Below, in pieces: positions 38,001 through 46,632 of a stretch of DNA of 61,139 nucleotides. The position numbers and the translations under genes are program-made. The notes below the pieces were generated by a model. The model had not been told where the DNA came from and made no database searches. It saw only the letters and a list, made by a program, of their open reading frames with translations. Within the stretch, counting starts at the first letter, position 1, and the number at the start of each line of letters is the position of its first letter. The DNA lies in NCBI GenBank assembly GCA_944391885.1, contig CALXVE010000002.1:1-61139 (forward strand). Reading direction: 5' to 3'. Origin of the DNA: an uncultured Clostridia bacterium. Lineage in GTDB: Bacteria > Bacillota > Clostridia > TANB77 > CAG-508.

Positions 38001-40159
38001 AATCCATTTGCTCTTTGTTCTTCTAAATCTTCAATGTCAGGATTTCCTACATAAGAATTTACTGTTGAGTTCCAATCACTAACTTTTTGATTATATTCTT
38101 CTTCAGCTTCAGCTCTTAATTTTTCTTTTTCTTCTTCTTCATACTCTTCCATATATTGTTCAATTAACTCAGAAATTCTTCCCTTTTGAAATTCACTTGT
38201 TTCAGTAATATTTCCACCTTCTGCAGTATAAAATCCATCAATTAAAGATAAATTTGAATCTTTGCTGTAATTTCCTTCTCCATCTAATACAAATCCCATT
38301 AGTTCATACTGAGAAAAAGCTTCGTTCTTGCCACCAGCAACTAATTGTCCTGAGCCTAAAGAATCACTTGAAGTGTAGTTCGCAGGTGATGAACCAATTT
38401 CAACAAAAGTTTGATTTAATGCTTCTCTTTCTGATTCTGTTTCTGTACCTTTTGAAGTTGTATGCCATTCATCTGATCCATTATATGCTCCGGATTCTGC
38501 CATTTCTTTTGCTGAGCCATGTGCATTTTTTAAGTAATCTGTTGGTAAGTATTGCTGACCATTATACTCAAATGCTACATAATATTTTAGTAATGGATTT
38601 AAGTTTTCAAATAGATAATTTCCATCTTCATCTGTATATGTATATGTTACAAACTCTCCTTCACTTGAATTACTATCAGATGCATATAAGCTAACCTTAA
38701 TATTGCTAAGTGGCTTATCTACTCCTTCACCAGATGTAGTATATACTCCATCTGCTATAGATTCTTTTGTGGCTACTCCATCTTCCCATACAGTGCCAGC
38801 CAAATCCATTGTAATGTCAAATCCATCGATTACAACAGTTGTAGTAAATAATTCCCTTACACCGCCATAGTAATTTAATACTTCTTGTAATGGATCTTCT
38901 AATAGTCTAGATACATATCTGCAAAGCCCCAAATCAAAAGTTTCAGGTTCTCCCAACATTATGTGTTCATGGTTATACCAATCAACTGTATATTGATATG
39001 CTTTTAAAGTACTTGCTAAAGCATCATTTATAGTCATCCATTTAAATCCAATACATAATGAAAGTTCAGAAATAAAATCTTCATCAGCAGAAGTTTTTCC
39101 ACTATTTGGATTTTTTATTGATACATAAAATTCTCCCTCTCCATCTGGATATGATTGTTCATTATGATCAACAAAGCTATCTTCTTCTGGGGTAAAAAAT
39201 TTTAAATCATGTTCATTGCCTTCACTATCAAAATATTTTTCTATTTCAATATTATCTTCTATTTTTTCTCCAGATAAGCTATAACCTCTAAAATACATAG
39301 AGGAAATACCTCCAAATGCGACATCATCATTGTTTTTATTTATATATGTTAGATTTATTGGTCCAATTATTATTGTACCTTCATCGCCTTCTGCATAGTG
39401 TACCATTGTTTTTATATCATCAACTGAACCTTGTATATTAAGGTCTGGTAAATCCGTACTGCCACGTTCAACTTGTGTAGCTTGATAATATTCTTTGTAT
39501 TGCTCTGCTTCCTTATATAAATCATTTGCTGCTACTTGACCTTCTCTTGCCCATACAGCAATTTGTTTTTCATCATTATATTGACCTATTTCTGGAGAAG
39601 TAAGTATATATGCCAAGTCAATGTATTCATCTGTTAGCATATCAAGTTCTCCATCTTTTATTAACCATGGGTATGTTACATCACCATCATGTTCAGTTTC
39701 AACATGCTCCTCATATTTATAATCATAGAGACGAGCCCATGTTATAGATGTATTTGGGTTGGGTATACTATATCTTGTTATAGAACCATATTTTATTAGA
39801 GTTTCTACCGAATATTTTGGATTTTCTGAAGTCCAAAAATCAGTTCCAAAATCCAAACAATATAATTGTGTTCCTTCATAAACAGGTATATTTTGACCTT
39901 CTACTTCTTTGTAGTCTGTTATCTCTTGTTCTGTAAAGTCTTCTCCTTCCCATTCAATAAGTTCCCTTGTATTTCCATATATAATTCCAATTGATTCTGG
40001 ATCTCCAAATGAAAGACTCATTGCTGATAGCTTTTCTTTTATTGTTTCATTATCCATCAATACAATTATTAAATTTGGAACCATAACAAATGCAATTGTC
40101 AAAATCAATAATATAATACCTAGCATTGTTCCAATTTTCTTTAATTTTATTTTATCCAT
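35099..40159 (-). CDS. giant surface protein with N-terminal thioester-type domain, SdrD/Cna-B-like modules and a sorting-signal-like tail
   Basis: 1686 aa with an N-terminal TM/signal anchor. It has LYC(101)LDFG and EKQ(199)IAVWA (Cys…[TK]QxA[IV]W). There are two GTVWED…DG.Y.F.NL modules (B-type fold). The tail reads IPPTG + hydrophobic helix + KKKVLTNN. Confidence 0.65.
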   Translation of the reverse strand: MDKIKLKKIGTMLGIILLILTIAFVMVPNLIIVLMDNETIKEKLSAMSLSFGDPESIGIIYGNTRELIEWEGEDFTEQEITDYKEVEGQNIPVYEGTQLYCLDFGTDFWTSENPKYSVETLIKYGSITRYSIPNPNTSITWARLYDYKYEEHVETEHDGDVTYPWLIKDGELDMLTDEYIDLAYILTSPEIGQYNDEKQIAVWAREGQVAANDLYKEAEQYKEYYQATQVERGSTDLPDLNIQGSVDDIKTMVHYAEGDEGTIIIGPINLTYINKNNDDVAFGGISSMYFRGYSLSGEKIEDNIEIEKYFDSEGNEHDLKFFTPEEDSFVDHNEQSYPDGEGEFYVSIKNPNSGKTSADEDFISELSLCIGFKWMTINDALASTLKAYQYTVDWYNHEHIMLGEPETFDLGLCRYVSRLLEDPLQEVLNYYGGVRELFTTTVVIDGFDITMDLAGTVWEDGVATKESIADGVYTTSGEGVDKPLSNIKVSLYASDSNSSEGEFVTYTYTDEDGNYLFENLNPLLKYYVAFEYNGQQYLPTDYLKNAHGSAKEMAESGAYNGSDEWHTTSKGTETESEREALNQTFVEIGSSPANYTSSDSLGSGQLVAGGKNEAFSQYELMGFVLDGEGNYSKDSNLSLIDGFYTAEGGNITETSEFQKGRISELIEQYMEEYEEEEKEKLRAEAEEEYNQKVSDWNSTVNSYVGNPDIEDLEEQRANGLAKLEKQNNKRLESIEKMNIVPDYDEMIDEVYSEIAGGDEQTWRKLQFIEDCKITSYTQNTSGEKDLYPVFDDFYINNIMENSSEDGTENSEKEYESIEEKRNDSYDQTEISYNGKTYKPIYEGQFFINQGLWRRQETDLALRKDVAYAATRINGKTEVYKYNKRNQESDYWEIQLRMRDYNNYYAGVYERDLYPADYTYRAEMNGADASKELELYVTYKITVRNSSTSIVSQITEVVDYYDKDYEYIDNLSWVMYGGTSEISVSEDAYYNTINSLSLQVQNAKAINSNSSSKYGTESEQSGMEAQYNAVYIRGLEDRKLESGEEAYIYLTFKVRSDSNGPVILDDDNSLKQNYVEINGYTTYYKDGTALPNGQTKGSGDAAGIIDIDSTPGNLKAEDLSGEKYEKNFEDDTDRAKSIKVTLNNDAIRSINGTVWEDKRTQDASNAMIGDGIRQDEIGIAGVTVELVEKLENGNEHVWQTLTTGANGKYEFKTDENANAYIIPGNYVVRFYYGNNNATVLTNSHGGSNVVSYNGQDFKSTIYQQGLSNYTEKYYNIQAADAFESNISDAKDSWERRQEVNGYSISNVTNHKAEVLASPYASEINETLINELIENTNMSAETAIIVFEGEYNRTKTDGEKVSNGAGTYLHGNDVNGNYTLNNLDFGLVERPKAQLELNKKVSNVKITLANGSTLFDTTADIPAADRKWLEGKSYNLINQMEDKKYEEYYNQSHRYAYRTEIDNLIQGTINNSGLIEFNMDNELMQGATISVTYDLTVTNASETDYLGQDFYYKGTGASEMVTTSADSVLDYLANNLSYKEEYNIGWSEVESFEPGEVADVIANTDVNIVKTEGLAGELQPGESKSVSLILTQIMSSNNSQDDKAYDNIAEISAVSNTAGRRMAYSIQANQDPKAENPAEVDTSKAEHIIVIPPTGVGEIVVYIALSIAVLAVIIVGIIFIKKKVLTNN

Positions 40160-40178
40160 ATCTTTTACCTCCTTTCTT

Positions 40179-43100
40179 TTATTTTTTATTTAAAACTCTT
40201 TTTTTAATTTCATAAATTCCAAATGCTAACAATACAATTATTGCAATCGCAAGTGTAATATATAATATAACTTTACCTGTTGCTAAAGAAATCATAATAT
40301 CTGCATTTGAAATATCATCTTCTGTTTCTAATTTATTTGCCTCAATTGAATCAAAGTCCTTTAATCCTTGTTCGTTATAGCTTTCATATATTTCTGCATT
40401 GTTGTTAATAATTTTTCCTATATTCTTGTCTGTAATATTTATGCTTAATACTAATGTGACCTCTTTGCTTTGTCCTGGTTCAAGTTTTTCGTTTTCTAAA
40501 GCAGTATTGTATACAACCCCATTATCGTTTGATATATACCAATCTTTATTTAATTCACTACTAAATTTTACATCTTCTGGCAAATAATCAATTATTTTTT
40601 TAACATATCCTGGTACCTGTCCTTCATTTGTAACCACTATTCTGTATTCAACTATCATACTACTATTATTTATATCTCTTTCGTAAAAATCCATTTTAGT
40701 TAACTTTGAATTATCATAATAGTATACTTTTGTTCCAGCTGATGGCTTTGTTAATGTTAGTTTACTGATATATTTATCTAACCTTAAATCAAATTTTTCT
40801 GATACATAAAGTCCAATGTCAATATCTCTTTCATTATCATCACTTATTGTTATTGTATCTGTAACACCCGCATATGTTTGCTTTCCATCCAACACAATTC
40901 TCATACTCATAGCATCTGAATTATAATTTTCACTTACTTCATTTTTTTGATAATCTGTAATATCATATCTTCCTGCATCATATAAAAATACTACTAAATA
41001 TTCATCTGGTAATAAATTATTAAATTCATATGCTCCTTCTTCATTTGTTGTGGTAATCTTTCTTTCTCCACTATTCACATCTGTTACTATATTACTATTT
41101 GATTTATAAATTAACATTACTTCTATTCCAGATAGTAGTTCTTCCCCTTCATCTCTTTTGCCATCTTTATTGGCATCTAACCATGCTGTTCCTGTTATTT
41201 TATAATGTTTTTTTACATTAGTAGTATTTCCTCCAGTTCCTTGATTCTTGTGTGCATCTTCGTCATATTCAATAATTGCTCTTACTTCATTTGAATTAAT
41301 TTCCTCAAATCCTTTTGCTGACAATGTTGCAATAGTTTTAACTTCTTTATCATTTTTATCTGGTAATAATTCAGCTTTTACTGTAACTATAATATCTAGT
41401 GTTTCTCCTGGTGCTAATTCATAAAATTTTATTGTAAATGTTCCATCATCATTACTGTAAGTAATAGTTTCTTTTTCCCCATTAAGTTCATACTCTGCTT
41501 TTACTAGACTTAGTCCGTCTGGAAGCGTCATTTTCATTTCATTTAAGATAGAACTAATAGTTCCTATATTTTTTACAACAAAATGATAAGTATATTCTGT
41601 TCCTTCTTTAATATACATTTGAGTTAATTGTTTTTGTTCAAATGATAATTGTATTTTTTCAGCTATTAATTTTTGTACATTTGAATAATGTGTTTCTATA
41701 TTATCTGCTGTTGCTGTTATAATACAATCATATTCATCTTGAAAATCAGTAATTGTAAAGTTTATATATATTTCAGCTACAGAACATATATTTATTTCTT
41801 GTGGTTCAGATGTATTTATATTGCCATTATTTAATTCATTGTCAAGATATACTTGTAGACTGTCTAATTCTTCAATCTTTATTGACACTGTATTTTGATT
41901 TGTAGTAATATTATCCCTAACTTTTTCTGATGAACCTGCTAATATATAATATACGTCTTCAACTTCAGTTCCTTCTGGAAGTGGCACATTTATAATTATG
42001 TTTTTCAAGTTTTTATCATAAGAAATATTTTCAACTTTTACTCTATATTCAATTTTATCGCCTCTTCTTAAAATTGTATTTTCACTATTTTTAGAAGTAT
42101 TTGTTATAGATAAATCTCCTTTAAGTACATTTAGCATAAAGCTTTCAGACTTCACTTCATTGTTAATATTATCTGCAGAAACTCTTACAATATTTTCAAT
42201 TTGCTTATCTCCAGGATATTTATTTTCTTCTACAGTTATTGTTTCTGTCTCCCCAGTTTCTTTATTCTCTACTTGAATTTCTTTTAAGGAAGTACCTTTT
42301 TCTATTTTTAAATCATATTCTTTTTTTATAGTAGCACCTGGCTTTATGTTTCCTAACTCAATTACTTTTTCTTTCTCCTTACTATCTCTAAAATATGTAG
42401 TTCCTTTTTTCATTTCAGTATGTACAGTTCCCTCAGGTGCCTCTATCAATAATTTCGCGTTTTCAACTTCAATGTCTCCTGTATTTTTTATTTCTACTTT
42501 CATTCTAACAATTTGCCCTTCTCTTGCTGTATCATTGGCCGAATTAAGAGTTAACTCTACATTTGGTCCATTACCTGTAGACATACCTATAACTGGCGAT
42601 ACTTTAGTCTCCGATATAGTACCATCTGATGAAATATTATTATAATATATTGTATACATCTCATAAGAATTATTATTATAAGATAAATTTTCTGGTATTT
42701 CTATTTGATAATTAAAATCTATAGCTTCACCACTTTGCATTTCATAATCTTTTGTAACAACCATATATGATTTTGAGTTTTTTGTAGGTTTAGTTACCCA
42801 ATTATTATTACTATCATCTAATTCTTTGCCGGCATTTATTTTGTCAGAATAGTATACTTCATAATTATTTTCATCTATTCCTGTTAATTTAAGTTCTTTG
42901 TTTAATAATGCATCAAATGTTGATTGTAAATTTTGGTTACTTCCTAGTTGTATATTAGCTTTTGCTGGAATTCTACCTAAAATAATTATATCTCCTATTT
43001 TATTATCATAATTGTTAATCATTTTTCCTGTAATTGTTGCTATTCTTTTTTCTGTATATGTTTCTATTTCCGAGTTCATCACTCCATCTGATATTGTCAA

Positions 43101-45398
43101 AATTTCTTCTCCATCTTCTGAGTAATTTGAAATACCATTAGCAACTACCACTCCGGTTTGAGCTATTATCTCTACTTCTGTAGTTGTCATGCCTATTACC
43201 TGATTTTTATATTTATTTGAAGGTAGTTCATATGTTTCTTCATAAAGATTTGTATTTTCATTAATATAATACATCAAGATTTTTTCTGTGCCACTCGTTG
43301 CCAATTGATCTAATGTAATATCTGCATTTAATACAATATTTGCTCCTTTTGTAATTATATTTGAATTTTCTGTGTTTTCATCTCCATAATACTTAGTTTG
43401 TGTACCACTTAATGAAATTTTAATTATTTGCTGATTATTTCTTGTTAAAATTTTTGTTTCCTTAATTTTTAATTCATCTTCTAATAATAAATTAATTGAA
43501 TTAATATCTATCTTTTTTACTTGTTTTGGCATTCTTATTTCAATTACCGGATTTTTGTATAATGCTTTTTCTACACTTGAAGTATCTAACACAATTTTAA
43601 TATTTACATCTTTGTTTTCTAATACTGTTGATAGATTTTTCTTGTTTTCTTCAATACTAATTTCTGCTTTAGTAATTGGTTCTGTTAATTCTATTTCAGT
43701 ATTTTTTTCAGCGCCTCCAATTACTCCTAGAGTAATTTTTTTAAAGTCTTGCATATTTTCCTTTGAATATCCCTGCTCTGCTGAAATTGCTTTTTCTACT
43801 GAAACTGTTATTCTTCCTTCTGTAATTGGTTTAGTTGTTTTAATAATAATTTCATTTACTTTTGCTTCTTCTATATTTGCTGTATAATTTTCTGTATCTT
43901 TTGTAATTTCTGCTAATTTTTCTCCTTTTTTATTGGTTATTTCAATTTTGCCTTCTTCTCCTAGCATTTTGTTAAATATCTCTTTTGATATACTTACACT
44001 TTTGCTATAAATAGTATCTTTATTATTTACCTTGCTACTATATTCTTCTTCATTGCCATCAATATATTTTTCTGCTACTGTTTCTAATGTTATGCCATCT
44101 GTTAATGATTTATCATATACTTGTACCGTATAATTTACGTCAAATGAAGTATCTTTTTTAGGCTCTTCATTTTCTTCTTTAGTTTCTTTTGCATAATTTG
44201 CATATATGTAACCTTTGCTAATTGATTCTGTACTATTAATTGATGTCTCTAATATTTCTCCACTTTGTCTTTCTAAGTTATAATTAATTTTTTCTGTTTT
44301 TGAAATCTCAGGTGTTTTTGCTCCATGTACTCCTACGTTTGCAGTTAATTCTATTTCACCTGTTATTGCATTTTCATTAACTTCTCCTGCTTTTATTTGT
44401 TCTTCTGTTTTTATTGTTTCTTCAGCTTTTTCTAATTGCTCTCTAATATAATTATATATTTCTTCACCTGCATAAACATATGTTATTACATATTCATCTT
44501 CTGCACTTTTTGCCCATGAAATTTTTCCATCTTGTTCAGCATTTTCCACATTTATCTCTATTTTGTTAGTTTCTGCATTATATGTATAATTTGCCTCTGT
44601 AAATTCTGTGCTACCTTTTCCATTTGTTCCCTTTGTAGAATTAGCTACTACTGTTGCTCTTGTAGGAGTCACTTCTACTTCTTCACCAGCTTCATTTTCT
44701 ATTTTTAATTCTGGCATTGTAACTTCTAATCTTGTTTTTGTTACAGGTAATGTATTATCTTTTATACCAGTTTTAACTACTGCTTGTAATAGCACTCCCT
44801 TTTCTTCAGCCATTTCATATAATTTTATTTTATTCAAATTTCCACTTAAATTTAGCTCTGCTTCTCCTTGCCAAATTAACTCATTGCTAATTTCTTTTTT
44901 AACTGAGTTCTCTTTTCCATTTTCATCTATATATGTTCCTGTAAAGGTTACTTTGTTTACTTTTGAGAAGAAATCACTTTCAATTTCTTCACCATTTTTC
45001 ATAACAACTGGAATTTCTATAATAGTTGGGTTAGAATTATTATTTATTTGTTTTAATTTAATTTCTGTTTTGCTACTACTTTGTATATTGGTATTATCTA
45101 GTTTTTCTGTATCAATTTCAAAATTTGCATTAGAAAATTGAACTACTCCATTTTTTAAATAGCCCGCTTTCTTTACTTTGATTTCCAAATACAACTTAGC
45201 TTCTTTGCCAATTTCAAATATCTTGCTATGCTCTCCTCCTTCAAAATAGCTATTAAATTCTATACTTGAATTATTGGTTTTGCTATTTTGAGTGCTTAGA
45301 CTTTCACTTGCTGCTATAGCAACATTTCCTAATGTTATTAAATATGTTCCCATCATTGTTAGTGTTAAAATTAGTGCTATTAATTTTTGTTTTAACAT
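40179..45398 (-). CDS. giant surface protein with many Ig-like/CARDB-DUF11-like repeats, one SdrD B-like module and a sorting-signal-like tail
   Basis: 1739 aa with a signal peptide (…NVAIAASE). It has repeated beta-sandwich modules (…VEIKNTGDIEVENAKLLIEAPEGT…), GTAWLDANKDGKRDEGEELLSGIEV…GAYEFNNLLPDEY, and a terminal DLRLDKYISK…VVTNEGQVPGYVKKIIDYLPEDVKF module like those of the other two proteins. The tail reads SLATG + TM + KKRVLNKK. Confidence 0.65.
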   Translation of the reverse strand: MLKQKLIALILTLTMMGTYLITLGNVAIAASESLSTQNSKTNNSSIEFNSYFEGGEHSKIFEIGKEAKLYLEIKVKKAGYLKNGVVQFSNANFEIDTEKLDNTNIQSSSKTEIKLKQINNNSNPTIIEIPVVMKNGEEIESDFFSKVNKVTFTGTYIDENGKENSVKKEISNELIWQGEAELNLSGNLNKIKLYEMAEEKGVLLQAVVKTGIKDNTLPVTKTRLEVTMPELKIENEAGEEVEVTPTRATVVANSTKGTNGKGSTEFTEANYTYNAETNKIEINVENAEQDGKISWAKSAEDEYVITYVYAGEEIYNYIREQLEKAEETIKTEEQIKAGEVNENAITGEIELTANVGVHGAKTPEISKTEKINYNLERQSGEILETSINSTESISKGYIYANYAKETKEENEEPKKDTSFDVNYTVQVYDKSLTDGITLETVAEKYIDGNEEEYSSKVNNKDTIYSKSVSISKEIFNKMLGEEGKIEITNKKGEKLAEITKDTENYTANIEEAKVNEIIIKTTKPITEGRITVSVEKAISAEQGYSKENMQDFKKITLGVIGGAEKNTEIELTEPITKAEISIEENKKNLSTVLENKDVNIKIVLDTSSVEKALYKNPVIEIRMPKQVKKIDINSINLLLEDELKIKETKILTRNNQQIIKISLSGTQTKYYGDENTENSNIITKGANIVLNADITLDQLATSGTEKILMYYINENTNLYEETYELPSNKYKNQVIGMTTTEVEIIAQTGVVVANGISNYSEDGEEILTISDGVMNSEIETYTEKRIATITGKMINNYDNKIGDIIILGRIPAKANIQLGSNQNLQSTFDALLNKELKLTGIDENNYEVYYSDKINAGKELDDSNNNWVTKPTKNSKSYMVVTKDYEMQSGEAIDFNYQIEIPENLSYNNNSYEMYTIYYNNISSDGTISETKVSPVIGMSTGNGPNVELTLNSANDTAREGQIVRMKVEIKNTGDIEVENAKLLIEAPEGTVHTEMKKGTTYFRDSKEKEKVIELGNIKPGATIKKEYDLKIEKGTSLKEIQVENKETGETETITVEENKYPGDKQIENIVRVSADNINNEVKSESFMLNVLKGDLSITNTSKNSENTILRRGDKIEYRVKVENISYDKNLKNIIINVPLPEGTEVEDVYYILAGSSEKVRDNITTNQNTVSIKIEELDSLQVYLDNELNNGNINTSEPQEINICSVAEIYINFTITDFQDEYDCIITATADNIETHYSNVQKLIAEKIQLSFEQKQLTQMYIKEGTEYTYHFVVKNIGTISSILNEMKMTLPDGLSLVKAEYELNGEKETITYSNDDGTFTIKFYELAPGETLDIIVTVKAELLPDKNDKEVKTIATLSAKGFEEINSNEVRAIIEYDEDAHKNQGTGGNTTNVKKHYKITGTAWLDANKDGKRDEGEELLSGIEVMLIYKSNSNIVTDVNSGERKITTTNEEGAYEFNNLLPDEYLVVFLYDAGRYDITDYQKNEVSENYNSDAMSMRIVLDGKQTYAGVTDTITISDDNERDIDIGLYVSEKFDLRLDKYISKLTLTKPSAGTKVYYYDNSKLTKMDFYERDINNSSMIVEYRIVVTNEGQVPGYVKKIIDYLPEDVKFSSELNKDWYISNDNGVVYNTALENEKLEPGQSKEVTLVLSINITDKNIGKIINNNAEIYESYNEQGLKDFDSIEANKLETEDDISNADIMISLATGKVILYITLAIAIIVLLAFGIYEIKKRVLNKK

Positions 45399-45461
45399 TA
45401 TAGTAACCTCCTATTTTTTATAAATTATTTTTTCAGTTATGTATACTTCCATACATTATAT

Positions 45462-45490
45462 ATTATACGACTTTTTTGCCCATTTTTCAA
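45462..45490 (-). promoter_or_regulatory. sigma-A type promoter of the two-gene giant surface-protein operon
   Basis: Minus strand: TTGAAA (45490-45485), 17 nt spacer, TATAAT (45467-45462), about 60 nt before the ATG at 45398. Confidence 0.5.
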
Positions 45491-45562
45491 TGCTTTTATA
45501 GCTTTTTTTTATTTTTTTTATATATTTTATGTAGATTTTTGCTACGGATACTTGAATTTTAG

Positions 45563-45569
45563 TGTCGAA
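45563..45569 (+). promoter_or_regulatory. Spo0A-box-like heptamer TGTCGAA in the divergent intergenic region
   Basis: Exact match to the 0A-box consensus TGNCGAA. It is a single 7-mer, so chance occurrence is possible. Confidence 0.2.
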
Positions 45570-45716
45570 TATTAAGTTTTTGTGACATTTTAGTAATATT
45601 GTTACATTTAAGTTTCAAAATTGCTTTTTTATGCATTATGTTTACAAATAAAATAATTGTCACATTTTTTATTAAGCTGAATATATTATATAAGAATAAA
45701 AAAGGAGTGAATTTTT

Positions 45717-45875
45717 ATGGGACAAATGAGCAATATGGATATGGGAAAGCTAATGGAAATGCTTTCTAAAATGGATAAAAGTCAAATAGAGCAAGGCTTG
45801 GCAAAAGCAAGCCAAATATTAAGTACTGAGGATAAAAATAAAATTATTGATATGCTAAATAAAAATAAGAAATAA
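45717..45875 (+). CDS. small hypothetical protein (52 aa), not in the ORF track
   Basis: ATG at 45717 is 8 nt after aaaaggag. It encodes MGQMSNMDMGKLMEMLSKMDKSQIEQGLAKASQILSTEDKNKIIDMLNKNKK with stop at 45873-75. The N-terminus resembles that of the next gene (…MMKKMSEMLKNNE…). Confidence 0.5.
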   Translation: MGQMSNMDMGKLMEMLSKMDKSQIEQGLAKASQILSTEDKNKIIDMLNKNKK

Positions 45876-45898
45876 AATACAAAGGGGGTTACTATATT

Positions 45899-46291
45899 AT
45901 GAGTGATGATATTTCAGAAATGATGAAAAAAATGAGTGAAATGCTAAAAAATAATGAAATACCTGATAATGTAAAATCCATTATTAGTAATTTATCTTCC
46001 AAAAGTTCTGAAGCAAATACTTCCTCTGAAAATAGTAATTCTTCTAGCGAAAATGCAAATAATTCGGATTTTCCAGACATTGATTTAAATACTATGTTAA
46101 AAATGAAATCTATTATAGATTCAATGAACAAACAGCAAAATGACCCAAGGGCTAATCTTTTAAGGTCTTTAAAACCATATTTAAAACCAAGCAGAAAAGA
46201 AAAAGTAGACCAATATATAAAATTATTTAGCATGGGTAAAGTATTTGAAACTTTAAATCCATTAGGTGGTGAAAATAAAAATGATGTATAA
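45899..46291 (+). CDS. hypothetical Ser/Asn-rich small protein
   Basis: 130 aa. RBS aaaggggg. Conserved-looking C-terminus DPRANLLRSLKPYLKPSRKEKVDQYIKLFSMGKVFE. The mirror ORF on the minus strand has no RBS. Confidence 0.55.
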   Translation: MSDDISEMMKKMSEMLKNNEIPDNVKSIISNLSSKSSEANTSSENSNSSSENANNSDFPDIDLNTMLKMKSIIDSMNKQQNDPRANLLRSLKPYLKPSRKEKVDQYIKLFSMGKVFETLNPLGGENKNDV

Positions 46292-46451
46292 CTATCCATT
46301 TTTTAGTTTTCCTCACCTAAGAAGATACCCAAGCCAATACATACCGCGTACTCCATATATAAAACCTAATATAAAAAAAGAAGAACCTAAAATTTTTAAA
46401 GAAGAAAAGTCAAAGGAAGCTTACTACGGAAACAATGCTTTCCGGGTTTAA
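46281..46451 (+). CDS. hypothetical small protein (possibly the 5' half of a frameshifted gene continuing in 46435..46632)
   Basis: MMYNYPFFSFPHLRRYPSQYIPRTPYIKP… starts behind GGTGGTGA. It overlaps the next ORF by 17 nt, and that ORF lacks its own RBS. Confidence 0.4.
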   Translation: MMYNYPFFSFPHLRRYPSQYIPRTPYIKPNIKKEEPKIFKEEKSKEAYYGNNAFRV

Positions 46452-46632
46452 CTTTTTAAATAATTTTTTAAATCAAAAAGATAGAGGTGCAGATGAAGAG
46501 TATTTTGAATTATTTGGACTTAAATTATATTATGATGACATTTTACTAATAGGACTTATTTTCTTTTTATACAAGGAAGACGTAAAAGACCAGTACCTAT
46601 TCTTCGCATTAGTATTATTATTACTAAGCTAA
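46435..46632 (+). CDS. hypothetical small membrane protein (C-terminal hydrophobic LLIGLIFFLY…ALVLLLLS)
   Basis: 65-aa ORF with one TM near the C-terminus. No RBS, so it is probably fused to 46281..46451 in the intact gene. Confidence 0.4.
   Translation: MLSGFNFLNNFLNQKDRGADEEYFELFGLKLYYDDILLIGLIFFLYKEDVKDQYLFFALVLLLLS

Noticed and set aside
35099-45398. Sortase-assembled pilus locus
   Set aside because: There is no pilus-specific sortase gene and no recognisable YPKN pilin motif/E-box. The proteins are far larger than pilins. Stand-alone adhesins fit better.
45399-45461. c-di-GMP or other riboswitch in the adhesin leaders
   Set aside because: With the promoters proposed here the leaders are only about 40 and 60 nt and show no conserved riboswitch-like structure.
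45892-46299. Long antisense/mirror ORFs (45892..46299 minus; also 5030..5752, 32731..33414, 44608..45141 and 59895..60470 plus)
   Set aside because: They lack an RBS, have low-complexity Leu/Ser/Phe-rich composition, and each lies fully inside a well-supported gene on the other strand.
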